From Candidatus Altimarinota bacterium (GTDB taxonomy: Bacteria > Patescibacteriota > Gracilibacteria > CAIRYL01): 64,000 nt of DNA. Shown here in pieces: positions 9,403 to 19,148 of this stretch. The stretch covers positions 1,280,001-1,344,000 of the forward strand of contig OZ252287.1 of NCBI GenBank assembly GCA_965250085.1. The letters run 5' to 3'. The position numbers and the translations under genes were made by a program. The notes under the pieces are model-generated. The model was given only the letters and a program-made list of their open reading frames with translations, ran no database searches and had not been told where the DNA came from. Every line of letters begins with the position of its first letter. Position 1 is the stretch's first letter.

Positions 9403-10107
9403 TTACTGATACGACACTCTCGTTGCATCCGTAGAGTACAGTTGTTCGGGAAAATTACAGAGACGAATATGAATTCTCGGATGGCCAAGGGGAGTCTTTT
9501 CACGCTTCACTGCTTCAGTTTTCACTTCTAATACCTTTTCGAGCGAACTGATAATTTCTTGCTCTTTTGTCTGTAAATCATTTTTCTTAAGACGCAGAAT
9601 GCTGGAGAGGACATGAGCTGCCCCCTTCTGAATCTCATTTCTAATGTCCACTTCTCCAGCAGGAAATGTGATACGTACTGAAGCAATTGCTCCACGTTTC
9701 CATCCCCCCACTGGCGGGGGGAAAGACGGCGGACCAGTGAGAATGCGGTAGGGAATGTTTTTTTCTTTCAGACGAAGGCATACTTGTGCAAGAAGTGGAG
9801 AAAGAGTTGGAAATTTTTTAAGAAATCCACGAAGAAACTCCTTTTTTTGTTCTGGAGTTGTTTTTTGAGAATCTTTTTTTGAGGACTTTTTGTTTTTTTT
9901 GATAGTAATATTTCTTTTTTTGAGAGCCTTTTGGAGATATGAGTAAACTTTATCTTCAGTGGTACATGCTTCCAGATACACTATTTTCGGCGTTATTTTG
10001 ATACGTATAAGTGGCTCAATTTCATCAATGAGTTCTCCTTCTAGCTCAAAGAGTTGACGGGTATTCAAATCAACTTTTCCGGAGATTTGAAATTCTTTTA
10101 CAAGCAT
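9403..10107 (-). CDS. hypothetical basic protein
   Basis: Long ORF that converges on the methyltransferase gene with a 6-bp gap. Likely start MLVKEF at 10107. Confidence 0.65.
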   Translation of the reverse strand: MLVKEFQISGKVDLNTRQLFELEGELIDEIEPLIRIKITPKIVYLEACTTEDKVYSYLQKALKKRNITIKKNKKSSKKDSQKTTPEQKKEFLRGFLKKFPTLSPLLAQVCLRLKEKNIPYRILTGPPSFPPPVGGWKRGAIASVRITFPAGEVDIRNEIQKGAAHVLSSILRLKKNDLQTKEQEIISSLEKVLEVKTEAVKREKTPLGHPRIHIRLCNFPEQLYSTDATRVSYQ

Positions 10108-10243
10108 ATGATTTGGCCAAAGGTTGAAATTTCGAAGCGAATAAAGGTATAAATAAATTCTCGATTTTGTAAACTTATTATATCTCAATATTGGTTTTGG
10201 ACAGTATCTTTATTGTGTGACATGTTTTTATGAGTGTATCACT

Positions 10244-10275
10244 AAAAAGCGGAGGAAATCTTCCTCCACTTTTTT
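10244..10275. terminator. intrinsic terminator
   Basis: AAAAAGCGGAGGAA-ATC-TTCCTCCACTTTTT hairpin with A/T tails, just past the stop of 10293..10979. Confidence 0.75.
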
Positions 10276-10292
10276 AACTTGTTAGATAAATT

Positions 10293-10979
10293 CTAATTAT
10301 TCTCCCAGAACATCAGCAGTTTTTCCTTTATTGCTTCCACATCTTCTTCTAAATCCGCCTTTTCAATCACCTCGTATGTTTTATCAAATTCGCCTTGCTC
10401 AAGCCCATATCCGGCATCTGCAAGATATCCACCCTTGTAGACTTCCTGTCCATCAAGACTCCAGTCGACTGCAATGGTTGCACTTGATGCATCGGAATCG
10501 CCACAAAGAATTTTCATGACCCTGCCATCAATCTTGAGAACCTGATTAGTTGCAGTTTTTTTGTAAGGAGCAAATTCAGCACTGGGTTCTACGCCATAAT
10601 TCTCCAGCCAAGTATCTCTGGGCTGTGTCCAGTCATTATAAAATTCTTTGCCGTCTACATTACCAAGAGGAGTTGGATTGCGTGAAATAACACGATCATC
10701 AGTAATCGTACTTCTAGATTCTACGACAATAAAACCATCTTCTACTTCATAGACCTCATCGTCATATCCTTCGGTACGCATTTTTTCAAAATCAGGTTTT
10801 GATTTCTTAACATAGGAAATTACTTCTTGTCCAAGTTCGTCAGATGACGGCGTTCGAGCAAGGGTTTTGGCACTCTTGCGAACCGTAATGCCTTCAGATC
10901 GTAGAAGCTCCTGCAATTGTGAATTTTGCTTCACATCAACGAGTTCGTGTTGGGAAGCGCTTTGTTGTACGTCGACCAT
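10293..10979 (-). CDS. hypothetical protein, weakly PGDYG-like C-terminus
   Basis: Acidic ORF ending GGYLADAGYGLEQGEFDKTYE. Likely start MVDVQQ. Followed by a terminator. Confidence 0.65.
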   Translation of the reverse strand: MVDVQQSASQHELVDVKQNSQLQELLRSEGITVRKSAKTLARTPSSDELGQEVISYVKKSKPDFEKMRTEGYDDEVYEVEDGFIVVESRSTITDDRVISRNPTPLGNVDGKEFYNDWTQPRDTWLENYGVEPSAEFAPYKKTATNQVLKIDGRVMKILCGDSDASSATIAVDWSLDGQEVYKGGYLADAGYGLEQGEFDKTYEVIEKADLEEDVEAIKEKLLMFWENN

Positions 10980-11230
10980 AATAAATAGTATAAAATAATA
11001 AAAATAATCCAAATTCTTCATTATTATAACTTTAAATAACTTAAGTGTCAATAATTCTGTGTCAGAATTATAAAACAATAAATAAGGCTATATCTTAGCG
11101 AAGAATAGAGAGTATTGTATAACATATTTGATCATACATTTATTATACGATCTTCTTGTTTTCCTAATTTTGTAAAGAAAAAGTGAACTTTAAAAATCTG
11201 TATTTTGTATTGTAAAGTGTACTAAAATTT

Positions 11231-12238
11231 TTACATCTTCCCCCCTGATGTTTCCGGAAAAATCAAATCAATAAGCGCTTTTGGGAAATCACGAGACTGT
11301 CCTTCTCCTGGATGGGTATGCAAGGAAATACCTGGAGCAGGATTCAGTTCACAAATATAATAATCTCCTTCCGCAGGTTTTTGGTGAATATCTGGTGCAA
11401 TAAGGTCAATTCCCACATAAGGAAGCTCAGGAATATTTTTGAGTATCTGAAATGCAAAGTTTTTATATTCCGGATGTACGAGTTTAGTAACATCCATACA
11501 ATCAGCTCCGGTTGAAACATTTGTGTTTGAGCGGAGAAAAACCTGTTCTTTTTTTTGTGGAATATACTCCATGTCTATTCCTTTTTTCGACAAAAAGCGT
11601 TTTGCTTCATTATCTACGTAAATTCGACACAAGCAGTTTTTTTCTTTTTGAGAAAGTAATTTTTTATTCTTTTTATCTACTAATTTTTGCAAAGAAAATT
11701 TGCCATCTCCTATTACACTGGGTGGTATCCTGTAAACAGCCGCAAAAAATTCATTTTTTGTAACAGTAAGTCGAAATTCTCCACCGGAGATCTGTTTTTC
11801 TACCAAAATATCCTGCTGGTTATGAATTTGCATACAGAGGTGTGAAAATTCATCTATAAACTCCTTTGGGGTTTCAATGTTCATTCTGACCTCATAGCCA
11901 TGGGTGCCACTCACTGGTTTTATGACTACGGGAAATCCGATCTTTTGAGCATATTTACAGGCTTTCGCTCGATCTTTTGGATGAAATTTCTTGCCAGGAA
12001 TCACGGGAAAATTGAGGCTTTGTAGGAGTTGTTTTGTCTGCCATTTGTCATCGAGTATATATCTGAGCGAGGCGGGCATTACACTCAGATCAGTGTCATC
12101 AATGATTTCAATATGGCTATTGTATGTAGCTTTAATAATTTTTGTTTCGAGTATGAGTTCGACCTGAATACCTCGCTTTTCGAGTTCTTGCACCAGTAGG
12201 AGGCTGTTAAAGTGAAGTTGAGAGGAGTGGATATTCAT
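11231..12238 (-). CDS. stand-alone ATP-grasp ligase (cyanophycin synthetase N-domain / GshF-like)
   Basis: DDKWQTKQLL, FPVVIKPVSGTHG, ILVEKQISGGEFR, RIPPSVIGDG, NVSTGAD, GIDLI and CELNPAPG. Confidence 0.88.
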   Translation of the reverse strand: MNIHSSQLHFNSLLLVQELEKRGIQVELILETKIIKATYNSHIEIIDDTDLSVMPASLRYILDDKWQTKQLLQSLNFPVIPGKKFHPKDRAKACKYAQKIGFPVVIKPVSGTHGYEVRMNIETPKEFIDEFSHLCMQIHNQQDILVEKQISGGEFRLTVTKNEFFAAVYRIPPSVIGDGKFSLQKLVDKKNKKLLSQKEKNCLCRIYVDNEAKRFLSKKGIDMEYIPQKKEQVFLRSNTNVSTGADCMDVTKLVHPEYKNFAFQILKNIPELPYVGIDLIAPDIHQKPAEGDYYICELNPAPGISLHTHPGEGQSRDFPKALIDLIFPETSGGKM

Positions 12239-12350
12239 AGGATTGAAAATATATTCTTGATTATACTTCGGATGAGTCTGAATCTAGGGGATTTAGCATT
12301 TTCTCGATCTTTTTTTCTGGTATATTATAAACAATTTTATAAAATTTTAC

Positions 12351-12917
12351 ATGAGTCCTATTGAAATCATCGCCACTATAGTAGGTCTCGTGAGTGTTTA
12401 CCTTACTGTAAAACAGAATATTTGGTGTTGGCCAACTGGAATTGTAATGGTTACCTTGTATATATTCATTTTTTATAACGCGAGGCTCTACTCTGATATG
12501 GGGTTGCAGGTAGTTTATATTTTTATGCAGATATATGGTTGGCATCACTGGCTATATGGTGGCAAAAAAAGGGATGATCTTCCAGTTACATTGCTTTCCA
12601 AAATGAGCAGGATGTTTTGGTTTGGAATTGTTATTCTGGGAACATTTACATTAGGATTTATTATGAGTACGTATACAAATGCCGATTTTGCCTATCAAGA
12701 TGCTTTTACCACGGCAATGAGTCTTGTAGCTCAATTTCTCATGGCTCAAAAAATATTAGAGTCCTGGATATTGTGGGTCACTGTAGATATAGTGAGCATC
12801 GGTATTTATGGACTCAAGGGTTTATATGCAACCACAATACTCTACGCTGTATTTTTAGGACTTGCTACTTTTGGCTTTTTTGAATGGAAAAAATCACTCG
12901 CAAAACAAAAGGCCTAA
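12351..12917 (+). CDS. pnuC: nicotinamide riboside transporter PnuC
   Basis: Multi-TM protein with NIWCWPTG, YGWHHW, DAFTT and KILESWILW motifs. Adjacent to nadR. Confidence 0.93.
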   Translation: MSPIEIIATIVGLVSVYLTVKQNIWCWPTGIVMVTLYIFIFYNARLYSDMGLQVVYIFMQIYGWHHWLYGGKKRDDLPVTLLSKMSRMFWFGIVILGTFTLGFIMSTYTNADFAYQDAFTTAMSLVAQFLMAQKILESWILWVTVDIVSIGIYGLKGLYATTILYAVFLGLATFGFFEWKKSLAKQKA

Positions 12918-13882
12918 TCATTGGCAAGTTTCTTCCTCCTCATCGAGGACATCAATACTTGATAGACTTTGCTCGTCATTATGTTGATGAGCTCACAGTT
13001 TTAGTGTGCTCTCTGAGAGCAGAACCAATTCCCGGAAAATTGAGATATGAATGGATATGTGAAATGTTTCCAGATGTTCATGTCGTTCATCACACTGTGG
13101 AAAATCCGCAAGAACCTCATGAACATGATGATTTTTGGAACATTTGGAAAAAAAGTATTTCTGAACTCGTCCCGGAAGGGGGTGACTATCTCTTTGCCTC
13201 TGAAGAATATGGATTTAAATTAGGAGAAGTATTAGGAATGCAATATATCCCCGTGGATCATCCTCGGCACTTAGTGCCAATCGCGGGCTCTAAAATTCGT
13301 GAGAATCCAATGAAATATTGGGAGTATATCCCTCCAGTAGTGCGACCTTATTATGTAAAAAAAGTATGTATTTTTGGTCCTGAATCTACTGGAAAATCAA
13401 CATTAACAAAGAACCTTGCTGAGCACTTTGATACCGTTTATGTGAGTGAATACGCCCGTGGTCTTTTGGATTTTAAAGATGGAAAAGTTGAATACAATGA
13501 TATTCCATTTATTGCCAAAGGACATATTGCATCTGAAGAGGCGCTCGCAAAACAAGCCAATAAAATTATTTTTAGTGATACAGACTTGATTACCACAACT
13601 GTTTGGAGTGATGTACTTTTTGGAAAATGTCCTGAGTGGATTACTGCTGAAGCAAACAAGCGAGAATATGATCTCTATCTTCTGACTGACATCGATGTCC
13701 CATGGGTAAAAGATAATCAACGATATCTTCCGAATGATCGTAAGGAATTTTTAGAGCGTTGCATTCAGGAGCTAAAATCAAGAGGAAGAAAATATGTGAT
13801 TGTTAATGGCCCTTGGGATGAGCGTTTTCGCAAAGCCTGTGTAGAGGTCGAAAAATTACTCAATGCCTCTGGTGTTGATTGA
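12884..13882 (+). CDS. nadR: NadR-type NMN adenylyltransferase / ribosylnicotinamide kinase (no HTH)
   Basis: GKFLPPHRGH (HxGH), P-loop GPESTGKST, EYAR and DTDLITT. Confidence 0.92.
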   Translation: MEKITRKTKGLIIGKFLPPHRGHQYLIDFARHYVDELTVLVCSLRAEPIPGKLRYEWICEMFPDVHVVHHTVENPQEPHEHDDFWNIWKKSISELVPEGGDYLFASEEYGFKLGEVLGMQYIPVDHPRHLVPIAGSKIRENPMKYWEYIPPVVRPYYVKKVCIFGPESTGKSTLTKNLAEHFDTVYVSEYARGLLDFKDGKVEYNDIPFIAKGHIASEEALAKQANKIIFSDTDLITTTVWSDVLFGKCPEWITAEANKREYDLYLLTDIDVPWVKDNQRYLPNDRKEFLERCIQELKSRGRKYVIVNGPWDERFRKACVEVEKLLNASGVD

Positions 13883-14054
13883 AAATCTTTTCCATCCCTA
13901 ATAACACATTGCTCAATAACTCAGAACAATCTATACCAGTTGCTCTCTGGTATTCGGTAAATTCTTGTATTACCGCTATTCTTAATTCTAGATAGAGTTC
14001 ATGAAGTTTACTGTCCGCATATTCATCATTCATAGAAATTAGAAAAAGAATCAT
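13860..14054 (-). CDS. small hypothetical protein coupled to the recombinase gene
   Basis: ATG at 14054 overlaps the recombinase TGA (ATGA). 64 aa. Confidence 0.4.
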   Translation of the reverse strand: MILFLISMNDEYADSKLHELYLELRIAVIQEFTEYQRATGIDCSELLSNVLLGMEKIFNQHQRH

Positions 14055-15334
14055 TGAAGAAACACCTCTCCGCCTTTCATTACAAGATTTCCCTTGAGAC
14101 ACCTGAGCATATTGCTTTTTTCCTTCGCGTTGCCATGCTGAAGGATAAAACAAATATACTCATGAGCAGTCGTGAGCTTCGCCTTTTCTCCATGTCTCAT
14201 TTGCTCCAGTCTATTTATCTTCTCTACTTCATGTTCAATCTTGCTATGAATATGGAATGAATCTTCTTTAATAGTCTCCACAACACTTGCCACCTCATCA
14301 ATGAGTTTCTCTTCTCTAATGTATTTCTCCTTACATGTTCCGTATCCAGCATACCTGTTACAGCGATAATATGAATATGCCTTTCCGTGTCTGTTTATAT
14401 GTGTTTCTCCAGAAACTCCTGATCCACAATTCCCACACTTGAAAATTTCATTGAAGTAGAACTGTTTTCTGCCCCATTTTCCTTTTAATGATGTCTTCAG
14501 TCGTTCTTGTGCTTCGCTGAAGAGCTTTTTTGTAATAATTGGTTTATATGAACCCTTGTACCAATTCCCTGATCCTGTGGGGTATTCAAATTCTCCATAG
14601 TAGTATGGATTCTTCAAAAGACGATACATCATACTGAAAGTCAGTTTTTTTCCTTTCGAAGTTCTGAATCCTTCATCAGTAAGAAATTCTAAGACTTGCC
14701 TTCCACTGTATTTTTCATTCACCAGATACTCAAATGCTTTCTTCACAAATGGTGCACGTTCTTCGTCTTGAATAACCGTACTCGGATCTTCAAATCGCTT
14801 TCCACGAAGAAGTTTGTATCCTATCGGTGGTGGTCCGGGACGAACTCCTGTTGCACACTTTGCTCGCATTCCTCTTTTGACATTCTTTGATCTATTATCA
14901 TTCTCCAGTTTTGCTTGAGAACAGAGAATCATCAGAAGAAATTTCTCATCAGGAGTATTGGTAAATGTTTGTCCGCTTGTTTGAATTTTTATCAATACTT
15001 GCTGATCCATCAAATCGACGAGTGAACCAAGATCACCAGCATTTCTACTGAGTCTATCTGGTGCCCATGTGAGAATGGCATTGAATCTTCTCTCCCTTAA
15101 TCCTTGGATAAGCTTCTCATAGCCCTTTCTGACTCCCGAGTCCTTAGCTGACTTACTTTCTTGAATTGTTTCTACAATAGAAATTCCTTCCTTTTCTGCC
15201 AACTGACTCATTTCTTTGATTTGGGAATCTATCGAGAGAGCTTGTCTTTCATCTGCTTCAGATGATTTGCGGGCATAGAGACAATACTTTAGTTCTATTT
15301 CTGCCGTTTCTGTGTGTTTTACATCATTCATCAT
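14051..15334 (-). CDS. large serine recombinase (resolvase + recombinase + Zn ribbon)
   Basis: YCLYARKSS catalytic Ser, ESKSAK, WAPDRLSRN, PPIGY, LKNPYYYG and CGNCG...RC...C. Confidence 0.93.
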   Translation of the reverse strand: MMNDVKHTETAEIELKYCLYARKSSEADERQALSIDSQIKEMSQLAEKEGISIVETIQESKSAKDSGVRKGYEKLIQGLRERRFNAILTWAPDRLSRNAGDLGSLVDLMDQQVLIKIQTSGQTFTNTPDEKFLLMILCSQAKLENDNRSKNVKRGMRAKCATGVRPGPPPIGYKLLRGKRFEDPSTVIQDEERAPFVKKAFEYLVNEKYSGRQVLEFLTDEGFRTSKGKKLTFSMMYRLLKNPYYYGEFEYPTGSGNWYKGSYKPIITKKLFSEAQERLKTSLKGKWGRKQFYFNEIFKCGNCGSGVSGETHINRHGKAYSYYRCNRYAGYGTCKEKYIREEKLIDEVASVVETIKEDSFHIHSKIEHEVEKINRLEQMRHGEKAKLTTAHEYICFILQHGNAKEKSNMLRCLKGNLVMKGGEVFLQ

Positions 15335-15482
15335 CTCTATTGATGACGCAGTAAAACCTTCCAGTCTAGGCTTTTTTTTAGATTACTAACTGCAATATTG
15401 TATAAATTATTTATACACATATGAATCAAAATAAGACACCCTTTTTTATAGTGTCTCATTTGTCTCATTTTGAAACTTCATA

Positions 15483-15634
15483 TATCCTCAAAAGGGTACT
15501 AGACCCGAGTGTCCCGCCACAATTGAATTCGAGACGAACAAAGTGAGTCCGAAGATATTATGTCCCGAGTTTACGAGGGGCTTTGAAAAAAATAGATTAT
15601 TCTCAAAAGGGTACTATGCCCGAGCGCTTCGCCA
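15483..15634 (+). repeat. pair of 37-bp imperfect direct repeats ending CGCCA (possible att-like remnants)
   Basis: TATCCTCAAAAGGGTACTAGACCCGAGTGTCCCGCCA (15483-15519) vs TATTCTCAAAAGGGTACTATGCCCGAGCGCTTCGCCA (15598-15634), 30/37 identical. Confidence 0.8.
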
Positions 15635-15696
15635 GTTTTTATTTCGGATTGTGGGACGATAAAAACCATATTCTTTTTTAAAGAAAGAGAGTCGCA

Positions 15697-17460
15697 TTAT
15701 CCGAATGTGAAAGCATATATCTCAATTCCTGAATCCAAAAATTCCAGAGTGAGAGAATGTTGTTCTGGAGCAGAAAGCTGAATAAGCCGATACAAACGAT
15801 CTTCATCGAGGGTAACAATACCATCCTGCACATCTTCCCCAGCGTATTCGCTTTTTACAACCTCATCATCAAGAAACACTTGCACGCGAGCCCCTTTTTC
15901 CTGAGGACTCATAACCAGATAGACTTCCTGTGCTTCAAAATGAAGTTTCAGGTGGGAATTTGGAGATGGCATAGCTCGCTCTTCTCCAATAGTCCATTCT
16001 CCGCTGTAAGCAAGATTATTGAGAGGAATATTCTCTGGGAAAGAATACAGCGATGATTGATCTTGGAGAATATTTTCTGGCGACACAAAACGCTTGAGGC
16101 GATCATATCCCAAATATGATTCAGGAGTGCGCTGGTGCTTTGGAGTGGTATCTGGCGAACTGGAGATTTCTTCAGTGATATCAGCTCCAGTTTCTTTGAG
16201 AAGCATACGGATAAATTCTTCTGATTCCTGATATTTTCCTTCTCCAAAATGAGTGCGACGCACTTTTCCATTCTTATCGATAAAATATTTTGCCGGCCAG
16301 TAACGATTTTGATAACTGCGCCAGATCTTATAGTCATTATCTTGTACGACAGGATAAACAATATCGTAGTCCTTCATTGCCTTTTGTACATTTTTAGTAC
16401 TTCTCTCAAATTCAAATTCAGGCGTATGAACACCAATAATAACAAGTCCTTCATCTTTATATTTTTCATGCCAAGAGGTTATATATGGCAATGTGCGAAT
16501 ACAATTGATACAGCTGTATGTCCAAAAATCAATCAGCACAACCTTTCCACGCAACTCTTGGAGCGTCAATGGTTCGGAGTTGAGCCACTGGATTGCTCCT
16601 TGAAACTCTGGATTGGGAGCGAAAGAAAAACTGTCACCAGATATCTCTTTTTGCATATCTTTTTTGAGCGCTTCCGTATCTTTTCCACTCGTTTCTGGCA
16701 TATCGGAACTGTCTTCATAGAATTTATCTAGCTGCTTACGAACCACTTCATTTTCTTCCAATTTGGTGAGTCCAACTCCGTATTGTGGGAATGTATCGAG
16801 AATAAAAGTTTGAAATTGGCGGTCCAAATTTAAATATAAAGCGACTGCTAAAAGTACCATAAGGACACCAAATATTTTTTGAATCTTTGCGACATTGCGG
16901 GTCACCCAAGGAATTTTGTACAAGGCTTTTCTTCCGCTATAAATAATAAAAAACATCGGAAGAGCAGTTCCAATAGCATATGAAAGTGTTATCAGAATTG
17001 CTTCCAGAGTAACGGCACTGGTAGCCGCTAAAGTAATCACTGAAGCCAGAATAGGGCCAACACAAGGTGTCCAGAAAAGACCAAGACTGAGTCCAACGAT
17101 GACTCCACCACCAAATCCCTCCTTTTGTGTTTGTTTTGGTCCTTTGCTCGCAATCTTGGACATGAGCTGTTCCATCCACTCTTGAAAATGTGGAAGAAAG
17201 AGGCTAGCCCCAAAGAGTCCGAGTACCACTACTGCAACCAGTCGTAATACTTCAGAAGAAATACCAAAGGCTTTAAAAAGAGCAAAAGAAAAAACTGTAA
17301 AGAAAGTAAAGCTGAGGATAAAGCCCAGCATAATACCAAATGGACGTTTTTTCCCTCCCGTGAGTGAGCCAGAAAGCACGATTGGCAATACCGGAAGAAT
17401 ACAAGGAGAAAGGACAGTTACTATCCCCGCCAAAAAAGCAAAAAGGAGAAGAACGAGCAT
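15697..17460 (-). CDS. dipZ: DipZ-type cytochrome c biogenesis CcdA + thioredoxin fusion
   Basis: VLSPCILPVLP and WTPCVGPIL in the TM domain, then DFWTYSCINC and GVHTPEF, then the C-terminal TPESYLG domain. Confidence 0.92.
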   Translation of the reverse strand: MLVLLLFAFLAGIVTVLSPCILPVLPIVLSGSLTGGKKRPFGIMLGFILSFTFFTVFSFALFKAFGISSEVLRLVAVVVLGLFGASLFLPHFQEWMEQLMSKIASKGPKQTQKEGFGGGVIVGLSLGLFWTPCVGPILASVITLAATSAVTLEAILITLSYAIGTALPMFFIIYSGRKALYKIPWVTRNVAKIQKIFGVLMVLLAVALYLNLDRQFQTFILDTFPQYGVGLTKLEENEVVRKQLDKFYEDSSDMPETSGKDTEALKKDMQKEISGDSFSFAPNPEFQGAIQWLNSEPLTLQELRGKVVLIDFWTYSCINCIRTLPYITSWHEKYKDEGLVIIGVHTPEFEFERSTKNVQKAMKDYDIVYPVVQDNDYKIWRSYQNRYWPAKYFIDKNGKVRRTHFGEGKYQESEEFIRMLLKETGADITEEISSSPDTTPKHQRTPESYLGYDRLKRFVSPENILQDQSSLYSFPENIPLNNLAYSGEWTIGEERAMPSPNSHLKLHFEAQEVYLVMSPQEKGARVQVFLDDEVVKSEYAGEDVQDGIVTLDEDRLYRLIQLSAPEQHSLTLEFLDSGIEIYAFTFG

Positions 17461-17470
17461 GTGAAAAAAT

Positions 17471-17512
17471 AAAAAAGCCTCGAGTGTAAATATACACTCA
17501 AAGCTTTTTTTT
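17471..17512 (-). terminator. intrinsic terminator between trx and dipZ
   Basis: Minus-strand stem AGCUUUGAGUGUA/UACACUCGAGGCU followed by a U-tract, about 10 nt before the dipZ ATG. Confidence 0.75.
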
Positions 17513-17562
17513 GAACAGTTTTCACAAGAAGACCTGTTATCCTCATTACAAATGAATGAGAA

Positions 17563-18093
17563 CTATATATTCTTCAGAATATCGTCAAGAGTGGGGCTTC
17601 CATTCCATTTATTGAGCTGATTTCCATTAGCATCTACGGTTACAAAAGTATGTTGATAGGTCACGCCATGTTTTTCCTTCAAGTCTTTTGAGTTATCGTA
17701 GTCGACTTTCAGAATGGAAATACCATCTGGAATATTTCCGGCATTTTTCTGAATATTAGAATCTGCAGATCGACAAGCAGGGCACCAGTCTGCATGAAAG
17801 AAGAGGACGACTGAACCATCACTGGCCTGAGAGACCAGAGCTGGATCATAATTCGTGTATATTCCAGCAGATGCATCATCCTTCACTACATCATCTTCTT
17901 CCTCCTCTTCCTCCATCATAGTGTCATCTTTCACTCCATCATTATCATCTTCTTCTTCCATCATAGCGTCATCCTCAATTGTGGGTTCGTTGTCTTTTTT
18001 TGTTTCTTCGGGAGCGCCGAATTGACACTTTGTTGCTCCCATGAGAGTAAGCATTATCAGTGCTGTGAATAAGATATATTTAGAATGTTTCAT
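17563..18093 (-). CDS. exported thioredoxin-family protein with an acidic linker
   Basis: Signal peptide, D/E-rich linker, FFHADWCPAC and YQHTFV. Confidence 0.88.
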   Translation of the reverse strand: MKHSKYILFTALIMLTLMGATKCQFGAPEETKKDNEPTIEDDAMMEEEDDNDGVKDDTMMEEEEEEDDVVKDDASAGIYTNYDPALVSQASDGSVVLFFHADWCPACRSADSNIQKNAGNIPDGISILKVDYDNSKDLKEKHGVTYQHTFVTVDANGNQLNKWNGSPTLDDILKNI

Positions 18094-18296
18094 AGTGAAT
18101 AGAAAAAAAAACTGAGAAAAATCTAAGTAATTGTATCCCTCTCTCTTTTTCCGTCAACGGGAAGTGAATGAAGATTGTAGTACGGATTACATTTTCTCTA
18201 TCTAATTTGCATGAAGCACATTACAAAAACCCCTGTCTTCTACTTTTACAACATGACGGGGGTTGAAGTATAGTTCTGATAGTTTTCTTTTTCGTA

Positions 18297-18818
18297 TTGT
18301 CACACGTAGTACTTCTTCAAGGCAGTCTCTCTCCATCTTCTCGAACATCTCTTGTAATAAACCGAGTGATAGAGCATCTGCAAAAGAAAAATATATCATA
18401 TACACTTATTGATCTTCGGGAAATTGACATGCCATTTTGTGATGGTCGAAAACTTGAGGAATATAAAAATCAGGCACTTGAAACAGCCTTCAAAACACTT
18501 TCTGCAGCTGATGGGTATATTATCGGAATGCCAGTGTACAATTATTCTATTTCCGGACCACTCAAAAATTTTCTTGATCTTACAGATAAAGCGATGGTCA
18601 AAAAGCCCGTTGGAATTGTGTGTAACTCTGGAGGAGTGAGATCATACCTTGCTTCTGCAGATCTTATGAAGTGTCTTTCTTTTGAAGTAGAATCTGTTTG
18701 CATCCAGCCCACGGTACACACATGGGCAGGAGATTTTGAAAAAAACGTAATCACAAATGAGCGCATTCCCCAAAAGATTGAGGATATGATAGAGAAGCTA
18801 CTAGCTATTTGCCACTAG
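18297..18818 (+). CDS. NADPH-dependent FMN reductase
   Basis: GSLSPSSRT and ADGYIIGMPVYNYSISGPLKNFLD. Confidence 0.88.
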   Translation: MSHVVLLQGSLSPSSRTSLVINRVIEHLQKKNISYTLIDLREIDMPFCDGRKLEEYKNQALETAFKTLSAADGYIIGMPVYNYSISGPLKNFLDLTDKAMVKKPVGIVCNSGGVRSYLASADLMKCLSFEVESVCIQPTVHTWAGDFEKNVITNERIPQKIEDMIEKLLAICH

Positions 18819-18851
18819 TCTTTCGCCATTGATTTTAATACTGCACAATGA

Positions 18852-19148
18852 AGTCGAGCTATTTCTTTTCCGAAAACAGAGGTCTTTAGGATCACGTCTC
18901 AAATGAGGCGTTCTGCCATCTCTATCCCTAGTAATATCGCAGAGGGAAAAGGAAGAGACTCCGATAAGGATTTCTGCCGATTTTTAAGAATAGCAAAAGG
19001 ATCATGCAATGAATTAGAAACTCAGATTTTAGTTGCTGAAAAACTTGAGTATATTACGAAAAATAATTCTCAAAAACTACAATCAAGATGCGAAGAAATT
19101 CTCAAAATGCTCAGTGGCTTTATAAAAAAGCTAATTGCTAAAAGCTAA
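18852..19148 (+). pseudogene. four-helix-bundle protein (IVP/S23-like), N-terminally truncated
   Basis: The frame reads SFPKTEVFRITSQMRRSAISIPSNIAEG...IAKGSCNELETQ. There is an in-frame TGA just upstream and no first helix. Followed by heptamer repeats. Confidence 0.75.

Noticed and set aside
12239-12350. NAD riboswitch upstream of pnuC
   Set aside because: No recognisable aptamer; the DNA is an AT-rich divergent promoter region.
15483-15634. Possible mini CRISPR array or tRNA genes
   Set aside because: There are only two copies with 7 mismatches and a 78-bp spacer, no cas genes, and no D-arm, anticodon arm or TTCGA loop.
18852-19148. Diversity-generating retroelement (Avd-like four-helix bundle)
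   Set aside because: No reverse transcriptase or TR/VR pair was seen in the window.
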